The position numbers were made by a program, and so were the translations under genes. DNA of 63,958 nucleotides, the filler included, from Acidimicrobiia bacterium (GTDB taxonomy: Bacteria; Actinomycetota; Acidimicrobiia; Spongiisociales; JAENVV01): NCBI GenBank assembly GCA_041577335.1. It is 5 parts of 5 records of this genome, joined end to end, with 100 filler letters (N's around TTAATTAATTAA, not from the genome) between each part and the next. Parts side by side here need not be neighbours in the genome. Positions count along the whole stretch, not along the records: positions 1 to 15,645 come from JBFGJH010000075.1; 4 more parts are not named here. One strand, 5' to 3'. Positions 1 to 10,585 of the stretch are shown piece by piece. Below the pieces are notes generated by a model. The model did no database searches, was not told the origin of the DNA, and saw nothing but the letters and a program-made list of their open reading frames with translations. Positions within the stretch are counted from its first letter, which is position 1, and the number at the start of each line of letters is the position of its first letter.

Positions 1-1062
1 GGACGCGACATCGAGATCGCCGCGCTCACGGACCGGGCAATGCACGGCCGGTTCGTGATGCTCTATGCACCTCGACGTTACGGAAAGACGAGCCTCATCC
101 ACCGTATCCGGTTCGAAGCAGGAGAGTCGAAAGAGTTGACGGTGGTGCTGGTCGATCTGCTCGGTGTGCAGACCATGGACGATATCGCCAACCGGATCGG
201 GCACTCATACCGCGAGCTGACCACCGGTGGATTCGGCGCGGCGCTACGCAAGCTGGCCAATCGGTCTCCAGAACTGGCGGCCGAAATCGGTATCGGCCCA
301 GCCAAACTTGGGGTGAAGCGCGGCGAGGTTGACGCTCCCCGCTTGCTCGAAGACCTGTTGCGGCTGCCCTACGACACGGCAGACAAGACGGGCACCCGCG
401 TGCTGATCGTGATGGACGAATTTCAAGCGATCGCGGACGTTGCCAACGCCGAAGCCGTGATCCGGTCCACCATTCAGCACCAACGAGACCACGTTTCCTA
501 CCTTTTCGCCGGCTCGGAGCAGTCCATGCTCACCACCATCTTCGGCGACAACACCGCCCCTCTTTATGGCCAGGCCGAGCAGTTCCGATTGGGGCGTCTC
601 TTCAATGAGGCGCTGGCGCCATTCGTCGAAGACAAGTTCAGCGCCACCGGGCGGGACGTGGGCAGCGCCCTCCCCTATCTGCTCGACGAAGCGCGGGGGC
701 ATCCTCAGCGGTTGGCGTTTCTCGCCCATCACCTGTGGGAGGCCACCGGCGACAGCGGAACGGCCGACGAAGGGACGTGGGATTCGGCTCGCCAAGTTGC
801 AATGGGCAGGAGCTATCACGAATTCGTCGCCATCGACGCCGGGCTGGAGCCAGGCCAGCGCAAGACCGCGAGATTGCTGGCATGGGACGAGCCGCTGTAC
901 GGATCGGCCGCCCAGCGGCTCGGCTTGCCCAAAGGGACGGCGCGGAAGGCGGTCGATGCCCTCGTCCGCCGCGGCCTGGCATGGCGCCCGTTCACCGAGG
1001 GCCTGGAACTGGTTGACCCCCTCTTCGCCGCTTGGCTCCGCGAACGCAACCCCCAGCCCTGA
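1..1062 (+). CDS. AAA+/P-loop ATPase (archaeal ATPase-like, C-terminal winged helix), 5'-truncated
   Basis: Walker A APRRYGKT, Walker B VLIVMDEFQ, GHP motif, C-terminal DPLFAAWL; frame is open from base 1 (GRDIEIAAL, typical GRExE start of the family). Confidence 0.8.
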   Translation, partial: GRDIEIAALTDRAMHGRFVMLYAPRRYGKTSLIHRIRFEAGESKELTVVLVDLLGVQTMDDIANRIGHSYRELTTGGFGAALRKLANRSPELAAEIGIGPAKLGVKRGEVDAPRLLEDLLRLPYDTADKTGTRVLIVMDEFQAIADVANAEAVIRSTIQHQRDHVSYLFAGSEQSMLTTIFGDNTAPLYGQAEQFRLGRLFNEALAPFVEDKFSATGRDVGSALPYLLDEARGHPQRLAFLAHHLWEATGDSGTADEGTWDSARQVAMGRSYHEFVAIDAGLEPGQRKTARLLAWDEPLYGSAAQRLGLPKGTARKAVDALVRRGLAWRPFTEGLELVDPLFAAWLRERNPQP

Positions 1063-1068
1063 TTGGCG

Positions 1069-1236
1069 TGAACCCAGGGTTGAACCCGGGGTTGAGTGTT
1101 TCAGAAATGCAACACTCAGCCCGCAGAACAGTCTTTCCTGAACCCAGGGTTGAACCCGGGGTTCAGCGTTTCAGAAATGCAACACTCAGCCCGCAGAACG
1201 GTCTTATCCGAACCCAGGGCCGAACCCAGGTTCAGG
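1069..1236. repeat. 70-bp tandem repeat (about 2.4 copies) with internal palindromes
   Basis: 1069-1138 and 1139-1208 nearly identical, partial third copy from 1209; core GAACCCAGGGT-TGA-ACCCGGGGTTS. Confidence 0.95.
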
Positions 1237-1310
1237 CATTCGATTGTGAATGGCTCCACCCTGAGAACAACGGTCGAGCGGATGACCCGGTTTCACGCCA
1301 CAATGGCGCC

Positions 1311-1814
1311 ATGCCAGCCGAACTCGTCCCCGGACTGCCCATCGATGTCATCGGGCAGGTGCGCGCCGAAGTGTTCGTTGTCGCCCACGATGGCCAGCAA
1401 GCGCTGCTGACCGGACCTGATGGCCCCCAGCCGTGGCACATCGAGACGGCCGGGTCCGAGCACCCCCTCGATCTCGTTCGGGATATGGCCCACAGCAACA
1501 TGGATGATGTACAGCTGGTGCACTCAACCTCGTGGCGGTGGGACCGCCAGTCGGTGGTGCTCACATTCCTCGTGGTGATCCCACCCGAGACACTCGGATC
1601 CATGACCAGCATCCCGGTCCCGCGAGCCGACCTGGCCCGCTCAACGGCACACGAGGCCCCGGCTGAGATAGCCTTCGCCCAAGTGCTCGAGCACGCCCTC
1701 CGGCATTTGGCGTGGCTGGCCAAGGAGGATGACGTGGTGCGAGAAACGTTGTCGGACGCATGGCACGACGAACTGGCCGGCTATGTTCCGGCTCCGTTCG
1801 AGCAACTCGATTAG
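1311..1814 (+). CDS. Conserved hypothetical protein, possibly degenerate NUDIX-like fold
   Basis: ATG 1311 in frame with ORF 1032-1814 (upstream part is only repeat translation); VHSTSWR..VVLTF motif. Confidence 0.6.
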   Translation: MPAELVPGLPIDVIGQVRAEVFVVAHDGQQALLTGPDGPQPWHIETAGSEHPLDLVRDMAHSNMDDVQLVHSTSWRWDRQSVVLTFLVVIPPETLGSMTSIPVPRADLARSTAHEAPAEIAFAQVLEHALRHLAWLAKEDDVVRETLSDAWHDELAGYVPAPFEQLD

Positions 1815-1822
1815 GAGGAACG

Positions 1823-1975
1823 ATGAAATACAAACTCGCCTGCGATTGCGGTTGGGAAACCCAGGGAAGCGAGGACGAGCTGGTCGCTGCTACCCAGGAG
1901 CACGGCCGCCAACTGCACAACATGGACCTCACGCCAGAACAGGCGATGGCCATGGCCTCGCCGGTCGAGGAGTAG
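1823..1975 (+). CDS. DUF1059-like small metal-binding protein
   Basis: AGGAGG RBS at 1813-1818; MKYKLACDCGW..EDELV..EH..H pattern. Confidence 0.75.
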   Translation: MKYKLACDCGWETQGSEDELVAATQEHGRQLHNMDLTPEQAMAMASPVEE

Positions 1976-2007
1976 GCCGGTCTCCGGACGAGAAGGACGA
2001 CCGCAGC

Positions 2008-2039
2008 GTGTTCCCGGAGCCCCAGTGCCCCGGGAACAC
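2008..2039. terminator. Hairpin between convergent genes
   Basis: GTGTTCCCGG..CCGGGAACAC 10-bp stem. Confidence 0.5.
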
Positions 2040-2055
2040 ACCGCAGACTCTCCGC

Positions 2056-3675
2056 TCAGCGGTTGCGGTGGAACTGATAGAGCTTGTTGACTCCGTCGTC
2101 GGCAACGTAGATCGACTGATCGTTTACCGCGATACCGGACATGAGCCCGAACGGGAAGAACCCTTCTGGGTCTCGACCTGAGTAGTCGAGGCCGACGATC
2201 GCCGGTGAGGCGACTCCGGTGGCCAAATCGATCGCGGTCACCTGCTTGAGGATCGGTTCCACAACCAGGAGGCGGTCACCATCGATGGCCAAGCCCTCTG
2301 GCAGCACGAGCCCTTCTGCGACGAGGCTCGTGCCTGCGTCGGTGACAGCCCAAATGTTGCCGAACGCCCAGTCGCCCACGTAGAGCGTGTTGCCGTCCGA
2401 GGCAAGCCCGAGTGGCAGACCGAGCCCACCGATGAGCACCTCGGAGGTGTTTTCGGCGTTCACCACGTTGCCGGCACCGGCCTGGGCCGCCGCGATGATG
2501 TCACCGTGGCGGACCGCATTGGTGGGGGCGGCCAACGTTCTCACATCCAGCGAGACAGCGCCTGTCGCCGGGTCCATCACCTGGACGGAATTGGCGAATC
2601 CGCTCGACAAGACCAGGTCGTCGCCATCCGCCGATACCGTCATCGAACCGGCGAAGGCTGTTCCCGGCGGAGCGAACCGGTCGTAGAACGACGACGTCCA
2701 CCGCTTGGTGCTCGTGAAGCCGCGCATCGCGAACAGCTCGCTGACCCATACGGTGCCGTCGGGCGAGACAGCCACGCCAGCGGGGAGACCAAGTCCGGCA
2801 GGCGTGATAGCCACCGAGTTGCCCCGCGGGCCTACCCTGACGATCTGGTTGTCCGCACCGACCGCCGCAAAGAGCCGATCGTTGGTTGCGAACGCGATGT
2901 TGTCGATCGTGCCGACGGTGTCCAGTACGACCTCGTGGTTGTTCGCCCCCGAGAAATCGATCTTCATGACGAGGCCTTCGCCGATGTTGACGGCGAACAA
3001 CTCGCCCTTCGAATTGAACTTCGCTGCAGAAGCAACCCCGAAGACGTTCGCCACGATCTCGGAGGTCACCGGAACCGCACTATCGACATCGATCTTGAGG
3101 ATCTCGCCCGTGAAGAACGATGGAGCGTAGAGGTGGCCGTCAGGCCCGAAATCGAAGGAGTTGACATTCAGGTTCTCGTTGAGCAGTTGCGGATCATCCA
3201 CCAGGTTGGGGTCGAGCTCATAGAGTCCCTCGCCGAGGAAGAGACGTCCGACGAAAAGGCGGCCGTCGTCGGACATGGTGATCGGGTTGACACCCGGTCC
3301 TACGAACTGGTGCACCGGGTCGTGGCCCGGCTTGAGCATCCCGACATAACCTCTGAGGATCTCGGTCCAGTACACGGTGCCGTCGTCAGTGATGAAGACG
3401 TCATCGGGACCGTGGACCCCGCGTTCTGGCCCAATGCGATCGAGCAGGTCGCCGGTGTCGGGGTCGTGCACCGTGATCTCGTCGCCTCCGACGCTCGCCA
3501 CATAGACGTTCCCGTCATACGGTGAGACGTAGATCCCGTTGAGGGAGTTCGTCGCGGCGGCCGGGCCAACCTGTCTCCCCTCGGACACGTCCATCGGCTC
3601 TGGTGCCTCCTCAGCGCCTACCGGTACTGCCACCACGAGCAGCAAAGTAAGGACAAAAGCTATGCGGATACGCAT
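2056..3675 (-). CDS. Secreted beta-propeller protein (SMP-30/gluconolactonase/NHL-like)
   Basis: Signal peptide MRIRIAFVLTLLLVVAVPVGA; repeated P.G.A.DG..LYV blades. Confidence 0.75.
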   Translation of the reverse strand: MRIRIAFVLTLLLVVAVPVGAEEAPEPMDVSEGRQVGPAAATNSLNGIYVSPYDGNVYVASVGGDEITVHDPDTGDLLDRIGPERGVHGPDDVFITDDGTVYWTEILRGYVGMLKPGHDPVHQFVGPGVNPITMSDDGRLFVGRLFLGEGLYELDPNLVDDPQLLNENLNVNSFDFGPDGHLYAPSFFTGEILKIDVDSAVPVTSEIVANVFGVASAAKFNSKGELFAVNIGEGLVMKIDFSGANNHEVVLDTVGTIDNIAFATNDRLFAAVGADNQIVRVGPRGNSVAITPAGLGLPAGVAVSPDGTVWVSELFAMRGFTSTKRWTSSFYDRFAPPGTAFAGSMTVSADGDDLVLSSGFANSVQVMDPATGAVSLDVRTLAAPTNAVRHGDIIAAAQAGAGNVVNAENTSEVLIGGLGLPLGLASDGNTLYVGDWAFGNIWAVTDAGTSLVAEGLVLPEGLAIDGDRLLVVEPILKQVTAIDLATGVASPAIVGLDYSGRDPEGFFPFGLMSGIAVNDQSIYVADDGVNKLYQFHRNR

Positions 3676-3760
3676 CGGAACTCCCCAGATCGGCGATGAG
3701 TTACGACCCTACCCATCCCGGCTCTTCCGCGCCCCCTGATTGCGCTGCGAAAGCAGGAAG

Positions 3761-4837
3761 CTACGCCGGAAAGCCCCAGTCGGCGATCATGCGGTCGATC
3801 TCCAGCCGGGCGTAGATCGCCAGCGCCTCCTGGGCCAAGGCACCGTCGGGGTCTTCCTCGTGGATGTTGCCGATGACGATGATGTTCTCGTCGTTGACCC
3901 GGGTTGCCGGCAGAGTGAAGTTGAACGACCCGGCAATGATCACCTGATCGTCGATCACCGCCAGCTTGTGGTGGAGCTTGTTGAGCGGGCCGCCATTGTT
4001 GGACAGGTACAGTTCGATGTTGTCGACGTTCTTCAAACCATGGGTTGCCGCCCACGCCTGGTTTCCCTGGCCGCGATCCATGATCCCCCGGATCTTCACA
4101 CCGGACGACGCCATCGCCCGCAATGTGTCGTCGATGCCGGACGTGTCGGTGAATGTGAACACGGCAAAGTCGATACGCTTCTCCGCCTTCAACATCTGTT
4201 TCATGATCTCCATCTCAGGCGCGTGCTCGGGGGCAAACAACACCTTGACGCGAACACCGGAAGGGCTGTATTCGCGGGGTCGCGGATCGTGGCGCTCACG
4301 CAATGCTCCGAACGTTCCAGTCCACATCTCCTCGAACTCCTCGGAATAGACCCCGGCGGTGCGTTTCCCGCGAACGATCACCAGATGGTTGAGATTCTTG
4401 TGGAGCCCAGTCAGAGTGAAATTGGTGGAACCGGTGAGCACCGCCGCCCGCGACGACGGGCCGTCTGGATCACGGACGATGAACTTCTGGTGGAACGTCT
4501 CCGGATTGAGATCGATCGTGACGTCGATGCCGGCTCGCAACAGAGCAACAAACAGGCGTCGATTCTCATCGTTCGCTCCGCCTGCGACGAACGGATCGAG
4601 CGGCGGGACGTCGAGTCCGAGATAGATGCGCTCGAGAATCACCCGCGTATTCACACCTCGGAGGTGCGCCTCGATCAGCGCTCTGGTCACCGGCTCAGAC
4701 TCGAGTTCCTGGACGGCCACTGCCAGCTCATCGCGCGCTCCAGCGATGAACCCGATGATGGTCGCCTCCAGGTCGTCCGGCGCGCCAACCTCGGGCGGGC
4801 CCATGTAGACCTCGATACTGCCGATATCTGCCGACAT
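3761..4837 (-). CDS. Phospholipase D superfamily protein (two HKD motifs)
   Basis: HQKFIVRD..TGSTN and HHKLAVID..AGSFN. Confidence 0.9.
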   Translation of the reverse strand: MSADIGSIEVYMGPPEVGAPDDLEATIIGFIAGARDELAVAVQELESEPVTRALIEAHLRGVNTRVILERIYLGLDVPPLDPFVAGGANDENRRLFVALLRAGIDVTIDLNPETFHQKFIVRDPDGPSSRAAVLTGSTNFTLTGLHKNLNHLVIVRGKRTAGVYSEEFEEMWTGTFGALRERHDPRPREYSPSGVRVKVLFAPEHAPEMEIMKQMLKAEKRIDFAVFTFTDTSGIDDTLRAMASSGVKIRGIMDRGQGNQAWAATHGLKNVDNIELYLSNNGGPLNKLHHKLAVIDDQVIIAGSFNFTLPATRVNDENIIVIGNIHEEDPDGALAQEALAIYARLEIDRMIADWGFPA

Positions 4838-4907
4838 GCGCTTCCCCCAGTCGTGTCGTGCGAACAGTCAATACTGCCCCATCGGCACGCCACGTGTGGG
4901 CGTGCTG

Positions 4908-5756
4908 CTACCCGTCCCCGTTCACTGCGAAATGGCGACTGTCGAAGGTGATCTTGAGAAATCGGTTCCGTCCGGTGAGATCGGGCAGTATCTCGGTCCG
5001 CTCGAACACCGGGATAGTCAGCGACGCGGCGTCGTCGGCGTGACCGTCACCCACCTCGATGAGCGCCGCTCCGTCAGGCGCCAGCCATCGCGGGAGACCT
5101 TCGATCAGCGGCCGTATCACCGCCAGCCCATCCGTGCCGCCGTGCAGCGCCAGGCGAGGCTCCCATTCCCCGATCTCATCAGGCAGCGCATCCATCTCGG
5201 CGGTGGTGACATACGGAGGGTTCGACACCAAAAGGTCGATCTCTCCGGCAACTGTTCGCGGAATCGCCTCGAAAAGACTGCCCACGTGGAACTCCACGTC
5301 CACACCGTTGCGGTCGGCGTTTTCGTGGGCCAGCGACAGCGCCAGCGGCGAAACGTCGGTGCCGATCACTCGGGCTGTCGGGAATGCCATCTTCAGCGCT
5401 ACGGCAAGGCATCCGGTGCCGGTCCCGATGTCGACGATGACCTGAGGGTGGTCGACATCGGTCGACGCCAACTCGTAGAGCTGCTCGGTCTCGGGGCGCG
5501 GGATCAGCGCTCGCTGATCGACTGCCAGTTCGGCGGGACCGAACGGGATCGAGCCTTCCAGGTACTGAAGAGGCTCACCGGCGCGTCGCGCCGTCACCAT
5601 CGCCTCTAGGTCCGCCGCTTCGCTTTCGCTGATCTCCTTGTCGGCCAGGACCTCACTTCGAGAAAGGCCGGTCGCTGCCATGACCAGGCGGACCATCTCG
5701 TGGTCGGGCAAGTCATCGGCTTGTCGTAGAAGATCTCGGGTTGTCACTGGTCCCAT
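4908..5756 (-). CDS. prmC: Release factor glutamine methyltransferase
   Basis: GEPLQY, LIPRPETE, DIGTGTG, SNPPY; near prfA. Confidence 0.95.
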   Translation of the reverse strand: MGPVTTRDLLRQADDLPDHEMVRLVMAATGLSRSEVLADKEISESEAADLEAMVTARRAGEPLQYLEGSIPFGPAELAVDQRALIPRPETEQLYELASTDVDHPQVIVDIGTGTGCLAVALKMAFPTARVIGTDVSPLALSLAHENADRNGVDVEFHVGSLFEAIPRTVAGEIDLLVSNPPYVTTAEMDALPDEIGEWEPRLALHGGTDGLAVIRPLIEGLPRWLAPDGAALIEVGDGHADDAASLTIPVFERTEILPDLTGRNRFLKITFDSRHFAVNGDG

Positions 5757-6328
5757 GATCCAAAGACTCCCACCAGCACCGTGTCCTCGTTGGCTGCGTA
5801 GAAAACCGTGGCGGCTGTCCCTAGGTAGCGCTTTTCAACATCCTGATCGTCGCCATGCAGATTGTCGACGTCAACTCCGAGTCGCGAGATCACGTCGGTG
5901 GCGTCGAGCCCCACCGCCTCCAGAAACGCCTTTACCGCGGCGACGTTGCCCGCGTCATCCTCTTCACCAGCTCCGTCGATCACGCTGAGCTGCGCCAAGG
6001 TGACAGACCCGTCGGCGACGATCACGTCCACCGCGACGCCGGATCGCCGGTCTTGCGCCACTGCGGTAGGGCCGCCGTCGGGGTCGGCCTGGAGCTCGAG
6101 CACAGGCACGCCGCCGATCGGCTCTACGAGCTCTGCCCACCGACTGGCGAGGTCATCGTATGCCAGGCCCAGCGGCGGGACCATATCGGGATACACGATC
6201 CGCACGGACGAGTTGGTTGCGTGCGGGCCAATCTCGGTCAACTCGTTGTCTTCTTGACCGAGATCGTCGCCGGCGAAACCGCACGCCGCCAGGGTCACGG
6301 CAAGCACGAGGAGGGCGACTCGGGTCAT
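5744..6328 (-). CDS. Hypothetical lipoprotein
   Basis: Lipobox LAAC after hydrophobic stretch; ATGA overlap with prfA stop. Confidence 0.65.
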   Translation of the reverse strand: MTRVALLVLAVTLAACGFAGDDLGQEDNELTEIGPHATNSSVRIVYPDMVPPLGLAYDDLASRWAELVEPIGGVPVLELQADPDGGPTAVAQDRRSGVAVDVIVADGSVTLAQLSVIDGAGEEDDAGNVAAVKAFLEAVGLDATDVISRLGVDVDNLHGDDQDVEKRYLGTAATVFYAANEDTVLVGVFGSWDQ

Positions 6329-7410
6329 TCCCCTTCGGCCAGGCGCCGGGCCTGCTCGTACGTTTGCAGCTGTTCGACGAACTCGTCGAGGTCCCCGTCG
6401 AGAATGGTCGGCAACTGCTTGATGGTGAGACCGATGCGATGGTCGGTGACTCGGCTCTCTTTGTAGTTGTACGTGCGGATCTTTTCGGAGCGCCCACCGC
6501 TGCCGATCTGTGATCGCCGGCTCGCAGCGAGTTCCGCTTGCTGCTCTTCCATCTGAACCTGATAGAGCCGAGCGCGCAGAATCCGGAACGCCTTCTCTTT
6601 GTTCTGGAGCTGCGACTTTTCGTCCTGACAGGAGACGACGGTCCCGGTCGGTTCATGGGTCAGCCGCACTGCCGAGTCGGTGGTGTTCACCGACTGCCCT
6701 CCCGGGCCGGATGACCGATACACGTCGACCCGCACGTCGTTGGGGTCGAGCTCGAAATCGATCTCCTCGACTTCGGGCATCACCGCAACCGTGGCAGTGG
6801 ATGTGTGGATTCGGCCTTGCGACTCGGTCTTGGGGATGCGCTGCACGCGATGGACCCCCGCCTCGAACTTCAAGCGCCCGTAGGCTCCCGCGCCCTTCAC
6901 GGCGAGCGCCACTTCCTTGAACCCGCCGGCCTCAGCCTCCGAGGACGACATGATCTCCGTCCTGAGATTGTGGCGTTCGGCATAACGCTGGTACATGCGG
7001 GCGAGGTCCCCCGCCCAGATGTTGGCTTCATCTCCCCCGGCTGCCCCCCGAATCTCGATGATGACATCGCGAGCGTCGTTGGGGTCCTTGGGTATGAGCG
7101 CCACCTTGAGTTCCCCTGCGAGCCGCTCGGCGGCGGCCGCCTTCTCGCCGGCCAAGAGCTTGAACTCAGCGGCCATGTCGGCATCTTCCTCGGCTCCGGC
7201 CAGCTCCATAGCCTCCGCTTCGTCCTTGAGAAGGGCAGTGAGCTCCTCGTATCCCGCAACGAGCGGCTTCAACTCCGCATGGCGACGGGCAAGGTCGGCA
7301 TAGGCGTTCTGGTCGGCGTGGATTGCCGGATCGGCGAGCTGAGGCTCGATTTCGGCAAAAGACTCGGAAATCTCGGAAAGACGCTCCAGGAGCGTCGGAT
7401 CAACGGTCAT
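6325..7410 (-). CDS. prfA: Peptide chain release factor 1
   Basis: GGQ motif, RF1-type PKT motif (HRVQRIPKTESQGRIHTS), RTYNY. Confidence 0.98.
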   Translation of the reverse strand: MTVDPTLLERLSEISESFAEIEPQLADPAIHADQNAYADLARRHAELKPLVAGYEELTALLKDEAEAMELAGAEEDADMAAEFKLLAGEKAAAAERLAGELKVALIPKDPNDARDVIIEIRGAAGGDEANIWAGDLARMYQRYAERHNLRTEIMSSSEAEAGGFKEVALAVKGAGAYGRLKFEAGVHRVQRIPKTESQGRIHTSTATVAVMPEVEEIDFELDPNDVRVDVYRSSGPGGQSVNTTDSAVRLTHEPTGTVVSCQDEKSQLQNKEKAFRILRARLYQVQMEEQQAELAASRRSQIGSGGRSEKIRTYNYKESRVTDHRIGLTIKQLPTILDGDLDEFVEQLQTYEQARRLAEGE

Positions 7411-8339
7411 TCGCCACTCTCGCCGTCTGCGGGAACGTAGGCCGGCCGGCCGCGACCGAGCACTTCCTCGATCGACGCGTCATCAAGCGCGGCAAGCAGC
7501 GACGCCACGGCCACCTCGACCTGATCGGCGTCTGGCTCGCCGGTGGTGAGCCGCTGTAACCACAGGCCCGGAGCAGCCAAGATGCGCCCGGCCCACCCAT
7601 CGGCACGCAGGCCCGACCATCGCAGCAGTTCGTAGGACGCCCCGGCAATCACGGGAATGAAGATGATGCGGCTGGTGATGAGCCACCACACAGGGCCGCG
7701 ACCGATGATCGAAAACAGCACGATCGATGCCAGGAGAACGATCAGCAGAAAGCTCGTGCCGCAGCGCGGATGCTCAGGCCGGTATTTCTGGATTTCTTCC
7801 ACAGACAGGCGATCACCGGCTTCATAGGCGTGGATCGTCTTGTGCTCTGCCCCGTGATATTGGAACACTCGGCGGATGTCTTCGAGGCGGCCGATGAGCC
7901 AGATGTAGCCCACGAACAAGGCAATCCTGATGACCCCCTCCAGGGTCGCGAACAGCCAATCGCTCTCGGAGGCGAGCCAATCGGCGGCGGCGGCCGGACC
8001 GAGAATGAAGACGAGAGCGAACACCACCAATGCGACCGTCATCGAGCCAATCAGTTGAGCCTTGCCCAGCTCCTCTTCCTCTTCCTCGGCCTGTTTGTGA
8101 GCCGACCAAGTGAGAGCTCGCATACCGAGCGTCAGCGATTCGCCCAGCACCATGACTCCCCGAATGAATGGGATTTTGGCGAGACGGGATCGAGAAGAGA
8201 GCCGGGGCAGTTCTTCGGACCGAGTTTCGATCTGGCCATTGGGAGTGCGCACGGCAATCGCCCAGCCCGACGGGGCACGCATCATGACACCCTCGATGAC
8301 GGCCTGGCCACCGACGGTTTTCTGGGGATCGCTGCTCAC
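7407..8339 (-). CDS. DUF1385 (YqhQ-like) membrane protein
   Basis: GGQAVIEGVMM, FQYHGAEHK, HPRCGTSF; GTG start 8339 with GAGGAG RBS. Confidence 0.9.
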   Translation of the reverse strand: MSSDPQKTVGGQAVIEGVMMRAPSGWAIAVRTPNGQIETRSEELPRLSSRSRLAKIPFIRGVMVLGESLTLGMRALTWSAHKQAEEEEEELGKAQLIGSMTVALVVFALVFILGPAAAADWLASESDWLFATLEGVIRIALFVGYIWLIGRLEDIRRVFQYHGAEHKTIHAYEAGDRLSVEEIQKYRPEHPRCGTSFLLIVLLASIVLFSIIGRGPVWWLITSRIIFIPVIAGASYELLRWSGLRADGWAGRILAAPGLWLQRLTTGEPDADQVEVAVASLLAALDDASIEEVLGRGRPAYVPADGESGE

Positions 8340-8371
8340 TCGGGTGATTCTCCTCGATGTTCCGGAATACA

Positions 8372-8401
8372 TGAAACCACCGCCCGGAGGCGGTGGTTTC
8401 A
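8372..8401 (-). terminator. Hairpin/terminator after rpmE
   Basis: TGAAACCACCGCC-CGGA-GGCGGTGGTTTCA perfect 13-bp stem. Confidence 0.7.
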
Positions 8402-8417
8402 GGTGACTGCGGTGCGG

Positions 8418-8666
8418 TTAAGCCTCAGCTGCGTCGGGCTTGGCAGATGCCTTCTTCGCATCGGACTTCGCTTTGGCGGCACGTTTCTGGAACCGCTCGA
8501 CCCGCCCACCGGTGTCGACGAGCTTCTGTCGGCCGGTGAAGAAAGGATGACACTCGTTGCACAGTTCAGCGTTGATCTGGCTCACGGTGGACCGAGTGAT
8601 GAACTCGTTGCCGCAGGAGCAGTGCACCTTGGTCTCTTTGTAGTCGGGGTGGATGTCAGTTTTCAC
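8418..8666 (-). CDS. rpmE: 50S ribosomal protein L31 (Zn-binding type)
   Basis: [33 protein letters not shown]. Confidence 0.98.
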   Translation of the reverse strand: MKTDIHPDYKETKVHCSCGNEFITRSTVSQINAELCNECHPFFTGRQKLVDTGGRVERFQKRAAKAKSDAKKASAKPDAAEA

Positions 8667-8703
8667 GTCGTGGTCTCCTCTCGGCCGAAGTATGCCCTTT
8701 GCG

Positions 8704-10284
<1,581 letters not shown>

Positions 10285-10585
10285 TTGATCCTTTCCCCCA
10301 GCTGGACGACCGGAAGGTCAGCGAGCGATATGCATGGTCACCGCGACGTTCAAAAAGGCATGAGCCGAATGAACGGGTGAAAAAGGAATCTGCACCTGCG
10401 GTGAGTGCGAGGCTTCATTTTAGGCGGGGATGAGCGCCACGACAAGTTTTCCGGGTTGGCGCCGGTTTCGGCTGCCGATTCGACTATGTCCCAGCCGGCC
10501 GCCGTCTCGAGCCACCGCCCCCAGTCTGGCCCACGATCCCCAATGGTCGGGCTTGCCCAGGGGCGCGGGACCTGCCGGACGACAC

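Noticed and set aside
1069..1236. CRISPR mini-array
   Set aside because: The would-be spacers are near-identical and no cas genes are visible; it is a tandem duplication
1032..1310. N-terminal extension with repeated peptides in ORFs 1032 and 1096
   Set aside because: Just translation of the DNA repeat; the plausible start is ATG 1311
1..4837. ATPase plus PLD as an anti-phage system
   Set aside because: Opposite strands and separated by unrelated genes; no helicase or methylase partner seen
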